DNA of 64,000 nucleotides from Mobula hypostoma (taxonomy: Eukaryota), in NCBI RefSeq assembly GCF_963921235.1, contig NC_086097.1:221218001-221282000 (forward strand), given 5' to 3'. The translations under genes and the position numbers were made by a program. The notes beneath the pieces were generated by a model. That model saw nothing but the letters and a program-made list of their open reading frames with translations. It was not told where the DNA came from and did no database searches. Shown here piece after piece: positions 11,203 through 23,512 of this stretch. The stretch's first letter is position 1; each line of letters opens with the position of its first letter.

Positions 11203-12374
11203 TTCAGATACCTTTAGTAGCCTGTTTTCATTACAAGAACAGAATTTAGAGTTAAAATGTAAAGATAGAGTATTTATGGATAACACCAATGATCTGTTAC
11301 TTTAGCTTATTTACAAGCTTTCTTTTAGTGTTTTAATGCAAATTTAAAGGTATTTGTAATGACAAACTTTATGTCAAGGAGACTACTTGCTACAGAACCA
11401 GGAGAATTTTACAACTTTTACCAGCTTTCCCTTTCTTGCTTTCTGAACAGTAATAATTCCAATAATTCAAATACAAGTCCGGAGGTACCAATAATACTGA
11501 TCCCTTTGTCCATCTATTGGGCAATGTCCGTTTTTACTGTTGAGTAGAAACCTAGTCCATAGCTTCCCGTGTGGTAAATTATTTTGTCTATTTTTGAATT
11601 AGAACCATATGGTTGCATTCTTTTCATCTACGGTTCCATCTCGAGCTGATTGCAGAAACTCCTTTTGAATTTGCTGTTACTGAAATGGCTAGTAACTGGT
11701 TGACATGAAAAGGAGAAGAGAAATATAAAAGGTAACAAGAATTATAATGTTTAAATAGTCCATTACAGTCAGAGAGTTTGTTTCACAATGTCGTGCATGC
11801 AATTTTACAGGTTACTGTTCATTAGAAAAAACAAGGAAGAAAGCCAGTCATTTCCTGTTAGTTTCTGTTGACTTTGAGTAGTAACCAGTTTCATTAGCAT
11901 AGTCCCATCTACAAAGACCTTTCCCAGAAACAGGAAGTTGATTGTGATTGATCCCAGGATGTGTTCTATTTCCAGGAATTACATGTTGTAAGTTTAAAGA
12001 AAGGAGAAAGACTTGCACATGTATTATCACACCATTCATGATCTTAGGACACCACACTTAACTACTTAAGCAGTTATTTTACATTTCTTGGCCAAGAAGT
12101 CAGAGCTGGCTGAATCACGATTGGATTGGATCACAAACGAAGAAAAGCTGAGAATTTGGTGATTGTAGAAGCTTGGCAGAGAGGAAGAAGGTAGTCTATG
12201 AAGTCAAACGAAAAATGAGTGGAGCTTCAAAACCTTAGTGTTCTATGTTAACAATTTAGCTACCTAATATTTAGGTTCCTTACGTTACTTACTTGATGGT
12301 TCTTATTAATCTTGAGAAAGAAATTTAGTCTTTGCGTAGTTTGCTTTTGATAAGCGTACTGAAGAAATATAACA

Positions 12375-12450
12375 AAAACAAGAACTGTTCAAGATACTTA
12401 ACAGATCAAGCAGCATCTGAGGAGAAAGAAGTAGTGTTAATGCTTCATAT
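12375..12450 (-). mobile_element. Old Penelope pLTR-derived fragment
   Basis: Degenerate match to the AGATGCTGC..TGCTGAG..CCAGC pLTR end. Confidence 0.45.
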
Positions 12451-14084
12451 CGATGATGCTGCATGAAAGGAAAATTTGGTTCACAACAGTTATCAGCAAT
12501 TATAGAAATCATAAAATACAGCCTAATTTCCTAATGAAAAAGGAGGTATAACGACAAACAGCTGCCTATGTTTCCTGCAGCATGCGGGAGCTTTGATCCA
12601 GTTGCTAGATTCTCATTGAGAGTTCCTGAGCTTGTCATGTAGCTGAGGTCCCTGCAGGGCAAGTGGTTGGCTGATCGCTTATTGGAATGCAGGTTTAAAT
12701 ATCGCTTCACAACCAGTTAAAGTTCATTTTAGCAACTAGGTGGCCACATGGGATGATTCAAAAAGCAGGTTATAAAGGAATCCTCCGGGCACATAGCATA
12801 CTCAAACAGATATTCAACATAGCATATCATGTTGTAGCAGATCCTTGAAAGAGCGCACTCCTAGCCTAGTATCTAGACATGAAGCATTGTACTTTTAAAC
12901 ATAACAATACCTGGTAACTAACTGGTGATCTGATTCTCAGAGGGGGCTATCATCTTGTTTGACACCTGCAGCCACTAGTTCAAATATGAAAATGGGGGAT
13001 GTAGAGTGTATGTCATTTCCTATATAACCAGGGCAAGGAGGAATAAAACTATAAAATGCACAGAGGGGGAGATAAAACTAGGTTCTGTTTCAGAAGACTC
13101 CGAGGAAGAAATAAAACTTGAAAAGTGCTTTAAATGCTTTGGAGTTCAGCTCGTAAAACAGACTGGAATTGGTGCGGAATTTACCTGCAAAAGCTGCACA
13201 GCACCTGTGTTTTCTATGCTTGTGTGTAAGAACATGGAGGTACCAACTTGTTTGTTGGTGAATTCTCAGCTGTCCTCTGCTGGTGGGCTTTCCATGGAGA
13301 CTAGTGGGGAATTGCAGAGGTTGTGACAGTTCCCCAGCAATTACCTTTAGAAATCCATTTGAAGAACCTGCAGTGTGCCAAATTAGATCAAGTACCATCT
13401 GCTCTGTCATGCTGATTTAAGTGGAGAACATCTGTGAGAGATTAAAGTAATTTCAATATCCTTTGATGACTTTTAATTGATTGAGTTTGCTTAACTCCTT
13501 AAAATTATATTCCTGTTTTTTTAAAACAGTTTCAATCGTTTTAGTTTGTAGCAAAAATGAATAGTTTGATTATTTTTTGTTATGGGACGTGTTTGAAGAT
13601 TTCTAAGTCTTGGAAACATTCAGAAACACTCACAGAACTTTGATAATTTCGACAGCTAGCTAAGTAAGAAGGTGCAGCTTAACCAGCTGTCAAAGTTTAT
13701 ATTGTGTTCGGTAATAGGAAGTGGTGGTTAGCTCTATCTCATTAGAATGCCAAGAAATTCCTCATTGGAACTATTTATGGAGGCTGGTGGATGTGAACAA
13801 TAAAATGCTTTGTACATTTGGAAGCCTGCCTTTTAGCATGTGTAAAATGCCAAGGAGCATGGGGATAGCCGACATCAGAAATAGATAAATGTTTGTGCAT
13901 GATGCCAGCCCTTCCTAGTTGGAAGCTCTTATTCAATCATATGCAAACCTAACCATCATTTCAGTTATCCAAACCTCAGCTTTTTTGCATCTAGTATGAA
14001 GAAAGCATACATTATTGGGTGCACATGCACACCTGCTTAGTAATACAAAAATTCACATTCATATATATTGTATCAAAATAGAAA

Positions 14085-14830
14085 TACAGTCAGTGCCCAC
14101 TTGATTAGGTGTACCTGGACACATGCTCGTTAATGCAAATATATAATCAGCCAGTCCTGTGACACAACGCGATGCTTAAAAGCATACCGATATGGTCAAG
14201 AGGTTCAGTTGTTCAGACTAAAAATCACCACGGGAAAGAAATTTGATTTACGCGACTTTGGTCGTGGAATGACTGTTGGTGCCAGATGGGATGGTTTGAG
14301 TACCTCAGAAACTGCTGATCGCCTGTGATTTTCATGCACGACAGTCTCTAGAGTTTACGCAAAATGGTGTGAAAAACAAAACAAAAATAAAACTATGAGA
14401 AACACACGTAAAAGTTGCTGGTGAACGCAGCAGGCCAGGCAGCAGCTATAAGAAGAGGTACAGTCGACGTTTCGGGTCGAGACCCTTCATCTGTACCTCT
14501 TCCTATAGATGTTGCCTGGCCTGCTGCGTTCACCAGCAACTTTTATGTGTGTTACTTGAAATTCCAGCGTCTGCTGATTTCCTCGTGTTTGCGTTTATAA
14601 AACAATGAGCTGCAGGTCTGTGGGTGGAAATACCTTGTTAATGAGAGAGGTCAGAGGAGAATGATTCAAGCTAACAGGAAGACAACAGTAACTCAGATAA
14701 CCACGTGTTACAATAGTGGTGTGTAGAAGAGCATCTCTGAATGCATAACACATTGAATCTTGAAGTGGGTGGGCTACAGCAACAGAAGACCCCTACTGTA
14801 CACTCAGTGGTCACTTTATTAGGTACAGGA
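14085..14830 (+). mobile_element. Tc1-like transposon left part (decayed transposase N-terminus)
   Basis: Translates as GKKFDLRDFGRGMTVGARWDGLSTSETAD...TTVSRVY and, after the insertion, LVNERGQRR..QANRKTTVTQIT..YNSG..KSISE..GYSNRRP. TIR-like ACAGTCAGTGCCCACTTGATTAGGT at the start. Confidence 0.85.
14400..14596. mobile_element. Penelope-like inverted two-arm mini insertion inside Tc1
   Basis: Minus arm 14400-14491, plus arm 14492-14596. TSD ATAAAAC(T/A)ATGAG at 14387-14399 and 14597-14609. Confidence 0.88.
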
Positions 14831-17159
14831 GGTTGAGGACTGGCACACTGTTCATCAGCAGATTAGCAAGTTAAGGCACAGAGGCAATGGTCCCCTGGCG
14901 CATAAATCCTCTGTCAGGATGACAAAATTTGTGCTCCACCCCTGACCGGTGATGTCAAGCAGACAGTAAAGACTGCTGTTGCTCATGGTGAGGCAGTGCA
15001 GTCTGATGCCTTCCTAATGAAGCAGGATCTGCAAATTTTAAGATTTAGATCTGCAGAACAAGATTAGCAGGATCTGCAGACAGCAATGAAGACTGAAAAT
15101 AGAAGAATGAGATACCTTGTGAGAGAGCGGGAAGGAGCTACAGTACAGGATGGGAAGACCCATAACCAAGGATGAGAATTTTAACATCAGGATATTGCCT
15201 TACAAGGATCCAGCAGAACAAGGGTGATTGAGTGTGATTTTGGACATGGATTACAGAGTTTTGGGTAACCTTGAGTTTTTGTAAAGTTTTTGGCCAGTTA
15301 TACACTGGATTCATCGAACTTGGAAGCACTAAAGACATTGATGAGGTTATCAGCAAGCGGTGTGCTGAAAGAGGGCTGGTGTGGGCAATGCCAAATGGCA
15401 GAGAAGAAAAGGAAATCTAGAGGTGTAATTGGGAGAATGCCCTTCAGTGAGGGGACATTGCTAGATGTGAAAATGAAGAGGATCAGGTAATGTTAGAGAG
15501 CATTTGAAAATCACAGTAATATTGCATAGTTACAGTTATTGACAGGGAAGGACAAAAGGCACCCTCGGTTATTGGAGGTGAGCTAATTTCCGTGAAGTGA
15601 GGGAGGACCCGAAATGGGTAAATTGAAATCAAAAACTGGCAGGCAGGATCATAATGGAGCAATCAGTAGTCTTCAAAGAGAAGATGATTCAATTAGTTTA
15701 AATACAATCCCACAAGGGGGTGGGGAAGAGAAAACTGCTAAAGTCAGACTTCCCTTGGTGATTGCAAGTGTGAGAAAGCTGCAAAGTTTACAGCATGCTG
15801 GTGTATTATATAATATGTCTACAGATGTATAAAGATTGTATCCTTGCATGGCTATTTTTTAACCTTTAACGTGAATGGTCATGTTTAAGGTCTGAAAGGA
15901 GTGAAAAATCCAAGGAAATGATCCAAACAGGAAAAACCTCGTGATTAAATCATGAAGCCTGCACCCTCCCACCACCAACCTCACTCTCGACTACTCCCCA
16001 ACTTTCCAGTGCTAGTTTATGGTTTCCTTTTGAAACATTTTATTATTATGGTATTATCCAGTAAATGCTCATCTTTAATGATGTACAAACTATTTTTGAC
16101 ATGATTTGGGAAAGCGGAACATGTGGTTGTTTTTCTCTGTATCTCTTAGCAGTCACTCCCTACGCTGAGAGCCGACTTTGCTTTTACGTGGTAACATTTT
16201 AAGCACGCAATGTGCATTATAAAGTTACCAGTTTAATTTTATTGCTTATACACAGAATTATTTTTTTTGTCTCAAGAACATGAGGTCATTTGACACTCAT
16301 TTCTGACTCTTCAGACTCGGCTCTGAAATTCTTCATAATTAAATGCTCATTTTAATAGATGTTGTTGGCATTAGTGAGGGTCCGTTCTGTCTACAGCAAA
16401 AAAAATTAAGATATTTCAAGAATTAACCCATAAATCATTATGCATTGTACCGGTCTGCAGTGTTTCAATGCAGAAAGTGATAGCAGATGCTATTTTAGTC
16501 CATCTGTTTTATTGTTGCCGTGATGTATCAGTTTCATCACAGTGTCTGGGCAATCTAATTGCACATTAGCTATGAAATATGGCAAGAATTGCAAGTTACC
16601 CATCGGTCATTAAATGTACCCCACCCAAAATCTAGGGTTTCTACAATAATAACGACAACCACCCAGCTAAAACATTTGTCAAAATTCTAGATAAGAAACG
16701 TCTTTAGCATATATAAATGATTGAAAAGCTTTCCAAGCCCTGTATGCAGAAAACATGCCATGTGTGAATAATTTACACAGAAACTCTATCAAGAGGTTGT
16801 ATCAGTTTCAACTGTAAAACCTGGCCCTGAGATGGGGGTGGTTGGTTGGAGTATGTCTACATGTGTGACAGACAATGGATGACAACTGCAAAGCCATTCA
16901 AGCATAAGAGCAAGACCAAATTGTAGAACTTTTGGCCAACCTGAACCATAGGACTGTGTGTGATTGTTACTGTTTCAAGTGAGTGCAGAGAAAACAGTTA
17001 AAAGTCACCTCGCATTATTAGCATTTCTTTGTCATTGATGCGTCTTTAACCAGATGTTGTTGACCTATCTGACCACACGGAATTGCTGTTCACACCCATA
17101 CTTAGCTGGTCCGGCTGTGAAAGGTCAATTTCACTGGCCTGACGTGCCTCAATGGTTGT

Positions 17160-17710
17160 CAACAGTTCTGGGCCCCATATTTTCAGAAAGGATGTGTTGT
17201 CATTGGAGAGACTCCAGAGGAGGTTCATGGGGAGGATTCTGGAAATGAAGGGGTTAACATATGAGGAGCATTTGGCAGCTTTGGGCCTGTGCTCACTGGA
17301 ATTTAGAAGAATGCAGGAGGATCTCACTGAAACCTACCGAATGCTGAAAGGACTAAATAGGGTTGATGTGGAGAGGATGTTTCCTATGTTGGGGGTGTCC
17401 AGAACTAGGGGACACAGCCTCAGAATTGAGGAGCGACCCTTTAGAACAGAGGTAAGGAGGAATTTTTTTAGCCAGAGAGTAATGAATCTGTGGAATGCTC
17501 TGCCACAGACTGCAGTGGAGGCCAAGTCCATGGGTATATTTAAGGCAGAAGGTGATCGTTTCTTGATCAGTCAGGGTGTTAAAGGATATGATGAGAAGGC
17601 AGGTGTACAGGGTTGAGTGGGATCTGAGATCAGCCATGATGGAATAGCAGAGCAGACTCGATGGACTGAATGGCCTAATTCTGCTCCTATGCCTCATGGT
17701 ATTATGGCAT
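17160..17710 (+). mobile_element. CR1 LINE 3' fragment
   Basis: RKDVLSLERLQRRF..GLTYEEHL..LEFRRM..RTRGHSL..RRNFFSQRV.NLWNALP, followed by a CR1 3' UTR. Confidence 0.92.
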
Positions 17711-17796
17711 GTTGTGGAAGGTGGCAAGAACACCAGTGACACAGTGAAGAAATGTCTCAAAACTATTTCTGAAGTCTATGAAAGCAGAAGATAAAA

Positions 17797-18093
17797 CAAG
17801 ATTAGCTTTATTTGTCACAAGTACAGTGAAGTGCGTTATTTGTGTCTGCGACCAACACAATCCGAGGATGTATTGGGAGTAGCCTGTTTGTGTCGCCATG
17901 CTTCCAGCATTGACAGAACACGCCCACAACTCACTAGTCCTAATCTGTACGTCTTTGGAACGTGGAAGAAAACTGAAGCGCCCAGAGGTCGTGGGGAGAA
18001 TATACAATCTCCCTGCAGACAGTGGCAGAAACGAAATTGGGTAGCAGGCTCTGTAATAGCATCACACTAACCCCTATTCTACCGTGGCACCCA
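17797..18093 (-). mobile_element. tRNA-derived V-SINE-like element
   Basis: Reverse strand shows a tRNA-like head, the central TTCCACGTTCCAAAGACGTAC V-domain-like motif and an AATAAA tail. Confidence 0.7.
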
Positions 18094-18894
18094 TGGCAGT
18101 CAAAGTATGTGAATGGTATTTAATAGAATACAGAAAGCAGAGAATTGGTTACTCTAGCCTGCACTGCCACTCATGGCTGATCACTTTCAATTACTCTTCC
18201 ATACCATTTTCCTGATCTTTCAAAAATGTATCTACCCCCTCTTAAAAACCTCTTGTGAGCTAGCTAGCTTCCACAGCCCTCTAGGACAGAGGGTTTCAAA
18301 ATTATCAACTCTGTGAGAGGACTCTTAAATATGCCTGACGCACGGAGACAATTGAAACAAACAACTGAAAATTAATAACTATTACATTAAACCTTAACCA
18401 AAGGCGCTTAGAATGATCAATAGATTAGAAACAACATTAACCTCTATTGAAATAAGTAAATAATAGCAACTTGCCTTCCCTTTTACCTCCTGATGTACAC
18501 CCTTATAGTCACTATGCAATGCCAAATCCTGTACCACGTAGTATACAGTATAAAGTATAAAGTACATAGTCCTGAGTCCAACGGTGAATCTGTGTCCTGT
18601 GTATTTAATAGTGCACATGTAGATGTCCCAGCCACTTCCACTTGTCTGGGTTAATACGATCAATTTTATTTCAAGCAACTGGGATCAGCCAATGAGATTG
18701 ACCCAGAATAAGATATACTGTCTCATGGCTGGATCCATGGTGTATCATAAAATCTACTTAATGTTCACAAAAGCTGAAGCCAAGGCTATAAATATTTAAC
18801 CAAATGGCCGTATGAATAGATTCTGATGCAGAAATAGTTTCATTTTAATACGTTGACTGAGATTTTGGAGAGAATATAGAAAAATATCTGAGAG

Positions 18895-18995
18895 TCTGGC
18901 AGGCGTTCAGCCTGAAATGCTAACTCTATTTCTCTCTCCAGAGATACTGTCTGGCTTGCTGAGCACCTCCAGCATCTTCTGCTTTTATTTCAAAT
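18895..18995 (+). mobile_element. Old Penelope pLTR end fragment
   Basis: Degenerate CCTGAAATG...AGATACTG..TGCTGAGC..CCAGCAT. Confidence 0.5.
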
Positions 18996-19104
18996 ATATC
19001 TGAGTGAGCCAAAATGCTGAGAAGAAAATATTACACGGATGAACAAAATTTAGTAGTCAGCTGATAGATGAAATTACTTGGAATAATGTATTCACTTCTG
19101 GTTG

Positions 19105-19312
19105 GCTCATTATGGGAAGGATGTAGAAGCATTAGAGAGATTGCAGAGGAGATTTACCAGGATGCCGCCTGGATTAAAGAGTATGCCTAATGAAAAGAAA
19201 GTATCTGGCTATGTGGGAGAGAAGAGTTAGATTGATCTCAGAGTAGGTTAAAGGGTCAGCACAACATTTTGGTCCGAAGGGCTTGCACTGTGTTGTAGTG
19301 TTCAATGTTCTA
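19105..19312 (+). mobile_element. CR1 fragment with internal deletion
   Basis: Encodes HYGKDVEALERLQRRFTRM, then jumps to a CR1 3' UTR. Confidence 0.75.
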
Positions 19313-19317
19313 GATTA

Positions 19318-19797
19318 AAGGCTGATTTATACTTCTGCGTCAACTCGACGCCTACACGGATCCCTACGCAGTAGCCTGATGCACACCTCTCAAAAAATGT
19401 AACTACGCGTTGCGGCAACGCAGACCGCAACAACTGTGTTGGTCCGCTTGGTAGCATCGCACTTTCTCCTACGCTGCTATAGCTTCCCCTTGGCCGACTG
19501 AAGGGAAGGGAAGGAACTCTGGCTGCAATGCTTTCCATAAAGCTTTACAGACCTCCGAAATTATGGAGGACACATTTCACTTTTACGAAAAAAGACGCTC
19601 GCTTTAAACCGGTTTACCCCAAGAAAGACTACAATGACCATGATGCCTTGCGTGGACAGGTGTGTGCGCATGTGCAACATGCCCGAATTGCAGAGCGATG
19701 CAGACACACCAACGCACAAGTATAAATGCTCACAACGCGCGTAGGCCACTTGCGTAGGTTACAGCGTTGAGTTGACGCACAAGTATAAATCAGCCTT
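19318..19797. mobile_element. MITE (non-autonomous DNA transposon, about 480 bp)
   Basis: TIRs AAGGCTGATTTATACTTCTGCGTCAACTCGACGC / GCGTTGAGTTGACGCACAAGTATAAATCAGCCTT. TA on both flanks (alternatively TAA/TTA). Confidence 0.9.
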
Positions 19798-20814
19798 TAG
19801 AACATCTCCAGTGTGGACTAGGGACATCCTAATTTGTTTTATAACAACACATTTGTTTAGAAAGTGCAGTCATTATTGCAAGTGAGCAACAACAGCAGGC
19901 AATTCGAATGCAGCATGACCAGAAAATATCAATTGAATGACAGCCTGCCCCTTTATGGCTCTGATTAAAGGAAGAATCTTGGCTAGGAATGAAGAAAATT
20001 GGCTACTGTTCCACTAAATATGGAATATCCCAGTCAGAATCTCAGTCAAAAGATTGCCCCAGAAAAATGTAAGACGCATCTTAAGGCAAGAACAATATTT
20101 TAAAACTGCTAATTCTCTTCTTCAACCAAGTTCCTGTGAGTCGTCAGTCTGTTCAGGGACTCTAAAATATGTTCTTCAAGACTAAACACTAGAGATTCTT
20201 CAGATGCTGGAATTGTGGAGTAACACATACAAAATGCTGGAAGAACTCAAGTCAGGTAGCATTCATGAAAAGGAATAAACAATTGACATTTCAGGCTGAG
20301 GCTATTCATTGGGATTGGCAAGGAAGGGGGAAAAGCCAGAATAAGAAGGTGGGGAGGAAGGGAAGCAGTAGAAACTAGAAGGTGATAGGTGAAGCCAGGT
20401 GAGGTGGGGAGGAGGGAGTGAAGTGAGAAGCTGGGAGGAGATAGGTGGAAAAGGTAAAGGGCTGAAGAAGAAAGAATCTGATAGGAGAGGCAAGTGAGGA
20501 GGTGAGAAGTGGTAAGAGGGGTGCCAGAGGAAAGGTGGAGTGGAAAATTACTGGAAGTTAGAGAAATAGATGTTCATGCCATCAGGTTGGAGACTACAAG
20601 GCGGAATATGAAGTGCTGCATTTCCAATCTGAGAATGGCTTTATCGTGGCAGCAGAGGAGGCCATGGACTGACGTGTCAGAATAGGAACTCGAATTAAAA
20701 TGGGTTGGCGATTGGGAAATCCTGCTTTTTGTTGATGGAGTGAAGATGCTTGACAAACCAATGTCAGATCTCACCGATGTAGACGAGGCCCCATCAGGAA
20801 CACGGATGCAGAAG

Positions 20815-21070
20815 ACATATAATCATATAACAATTACAGCACGGAAACAGGCCATCTCGGCGCTTCTAGTCCGTGCCAAACTCTTACTCTCACCTAGTCC
20901 CACTGACCTGCATTCAGCCCATAAACCTCCATCCCCTTCCTGTCCATATATCTATCCAATTTAACTTTAAATGACAACATCGAACCTGCCTCTACCACTT
21001 CTGCTGGAAGCTCATTCCACACAGCTACCACACTCTGAGTAAAGAAGTTCCCCCTCATGTTACCCCTCAA
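20815..21070 (-). mobile_element. CR1 3' end fragment
   Basis: Reverse complement of the family at 48938-49172 (FTQRVVAVWNELP; ATATGGTT-type tail). Confidence 0.85.
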
Positions 21071-21204
21071 CAAACTTGCAAGTTAAGAGTTGTCTCACCT
21101 GGAAGGTAAACAACAGGAATTCTGCAGATGCTGGAAATTCAAGCAACATACATCAAAGTTGCTGGTGAACGCAGCAGGCCAAGCAGCATCTATAGGAAGA
21201 GGCG

Positions 21205-21242
21205 CAGTCGACGTTTCAGGCCGAGACCCTTCGTCAGGACTA
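21205..21242 (-). ncRNA. Minimal type I hammerhead ribozyme motif
   Basis: Reverse complement reads TAGTC-CTGACGA-AGGGTCTCGGCCT-GAAA-CGTC-GACTG. Confidence 0.75.
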
Positions 21243-22824
21243 ACTGAAGGAAGAGTGAGTAAGGGATTTGAAAGCTGGAGGGGGAGGGGGAGATGCAAAA
21301 TGATAGGAGAAGACAGGAGGGGGAGGGATAGAGCCGAGAGCTGGACAGGTGATAGGCAAAAGGGGATACAAGAGGATCATGGGACAGGAGGCCTAGGGAG
21401 AAAGATGGGGGGGGGTGACCCAGAGGATGGGCGAGAGGTATATTCAGAGGGACAGAGGGAGAAAAAGGAGAGTGAGAGAAAGAATGTGTGCATAAAAATG
21501 AGTAACAGCTGGGGTACGAGGGGGAGGTGGGGCCTAGCGGAAGTTAGAGAAGTCAATGTTCATGCCATCAGGTTGGAGGCTACAGGTGGTGAGGAAGTGT
21601 AAGGGCATGTGTAGCACTTGTTCCGCTTACACGGATAAGTGCCAGGAGGGAGATCAGTGGGGAGGGATGGGGGGGACGAATGGACAAGGGAGTTGTGTAG
21701 GGAGCGATCCCTGCGGAATGCAGAGAGAGAGGGGGAGGGAAAGATGTGCTTAGTGGTGGGATCCCGTTGGAGGTGGCGGAAGTTACGGAGAATAATATGT
21801 TGGACCCGGAGGCTGGTGGGGTGGTAGGTGAGGACCAGGGGAACCCTATTCCTAGTGGGGTGGTGGGAGGATGGAGTGAGAGCAGATGTACGTGAAATGG
21901 AGGAGATGCGTTTAAGAGCAGAGTTGATAGTGGAGGAAGGGAAGCCCCTTTCTTTAAAAAATGAAGACATCTCCCTCGTCCTAGAATGAAAAGCCTCATC
22001 CTGAGAGCAGATGCGGCGGAGACGGAGGAATTGCGAGAAGGGGATGGCGTTTTTGCAAGAGACAGGGTGAGAAGAGGAATAGTCCAGATAGCTGTGAGAG
22101 TCAGTAGGCTTATAGTAGATATCAGTGGATAAGCTGTCTCCAGAGACAGAGACAGAAAGATCTAGAAAGGGGAGGGAGGTGTCGGAAATGGACCAGGTAA
22201 ACTTGAGGGCAGGGTGAAAGTTGGAGGCAATGTTAATAAAGTCAACGAGTTCTGCATGCGTGCAGGAAGCAGCGCCAATGCAGTCGTCGATATAGCGAAG
22301 GAAAAGTGGGGGACAGATACCAGAATAGGCATGGAACATAGATTGTTCCACAAACCCAACAAAAAGGCAGGCATAGCTAGGACCCATACGGGTGCCCATA
22401 GCTACACCTTTAGTTTGGAGGAAATGGGAGGAGCAAAAGGAGAAATTATTATTTTTTAAAGAAAGGGGCTTCCCTTCCTCCACTATCAACTCTGCTCTTA
22501 AACGCATCTCCTCCATTTCACGTACATCTGCTCTCACTCCATCCTCCCACCACCCCACTAGGAATAGGGTTCCCCTGGTCCTCACCTACCACCCCACCAG
22601 CCTCCGGGTCCAACATATTATTCTCTGTAACTTCCGCCACCTCCAACGGGATCCCACCACTAAGCACATCTTTCCCTCCCCCCCCCTCTGCATTCCGCAG
22701 GGATCGCTCCCTACACAACTCCCTTGTCCATTCGTCCCCCCCATCCCTCCCCACTGATCTCCCTCCTGGCACTTATCAGTGTAAGCGGAACAAGTGCTAC
22801 ACATGCCCTTACACTTCCTCCCTT

Positions 22825-23184
22825 ACCACCATTCAGGGCCCCAAACAGTCCTTCCAGGTGAGGCATCACTTCACCTGTGAGTCGACTGGGGTGATATACT
22901 GCGTCCGGTGCTCCTGATGTGGCCTTTTATATATTGGTGAGACCCGACGCAGACTGGGAGACCGCTTTGCTGAACATCTACGCTCTGTCCGCCAGAGAAA
23001 GCAGGATCTCCCAGTGGCCACACATTTTAATTCCACATCCCATTCCCATTCTGACATGTCTATCCACGGCCTCCTCTACTGTAAAGATGAAGCCACACTC
23101 AGGTTGGAGGAACAACACCTTATATTCCGTCTGGGTAGCCTCCAACCTGATGGCATGAACATTGACTTCTCTAACTTCCGCTAG
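22825..23184 (+). pseudogene. GIY-YIG endonuclease domain of the Penelope-like element, one in-frame stop
   Basis: Manual translation TIQGPKQSFQVRHHFTCESTGVIYCVRCS*CGLLYIGETRRRLGDRFAEH...GMNIDFSNFR*. The internal TGA fits CGA>TGA CpG decay. Confidence 0.88.
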
Positions 23185-23474
23185 GCCCCACCTCCCCCTC
23201 GTACCCCAGCTGTTACTCATTTTTATGCACACATTCTTTCTCTCACTCTCCTTTTTCTCCCTCTGTCCCTCTGAATATACCTCTTGCCCATCCTCTGGGT
23301 CACCCACCCCGTCTTTCTCCCTAGGCCTCCTGTCCCATGATCCTCTCGTATCCCCTTTTGCCTATCACCTGTCCAGCTCTCGGCTCTATCCCTCCCCCTC
23401 CTGTCTTCTCCTATCATTTTGCATCTCCCCCTCCCCCTCCAGCTTTCAAATCCCTTACTCACTCTTCCTTCAGT

Positions 23475-23512
23475 TAGTCCTGACGAAGGGTCTCGGCCTG
23501 AAACGTCGACTG
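23475..23512 (+). ncRNA. Minimal type I hammerhead ribozyme motif
   Basis: TAGTC-CTGACGA-AGGGTCTCGGCCT-GAAA-CGTC-GACTG, in the pLTR downstream of the EN stop codon. Confidence 0.75.

Noticed and set aside
12730..12750. CTCF-like or RFX-like motif GCAACTAGGTGGCC
   Set aside because: Mismatches the consensus and is expected by chance; no supporting evidence.
13006..13410. Overlapping 106 aa ORFs in unique sequence
   Set aside because: No recognisable domain and no convincing splice context.
15120..15800. Purine-rich stretch as an ancient LINE
   Set aside because: Too degenerate to assign by eye.
21560..22585. 341 aa ORF as an intact reverse transcriptase gene
   Set aside because: Its N-terminus is antisense sequence of the opposite arm, RT motifs upstream of QTKG are missing, and the endonuclease is deleted in this arm.
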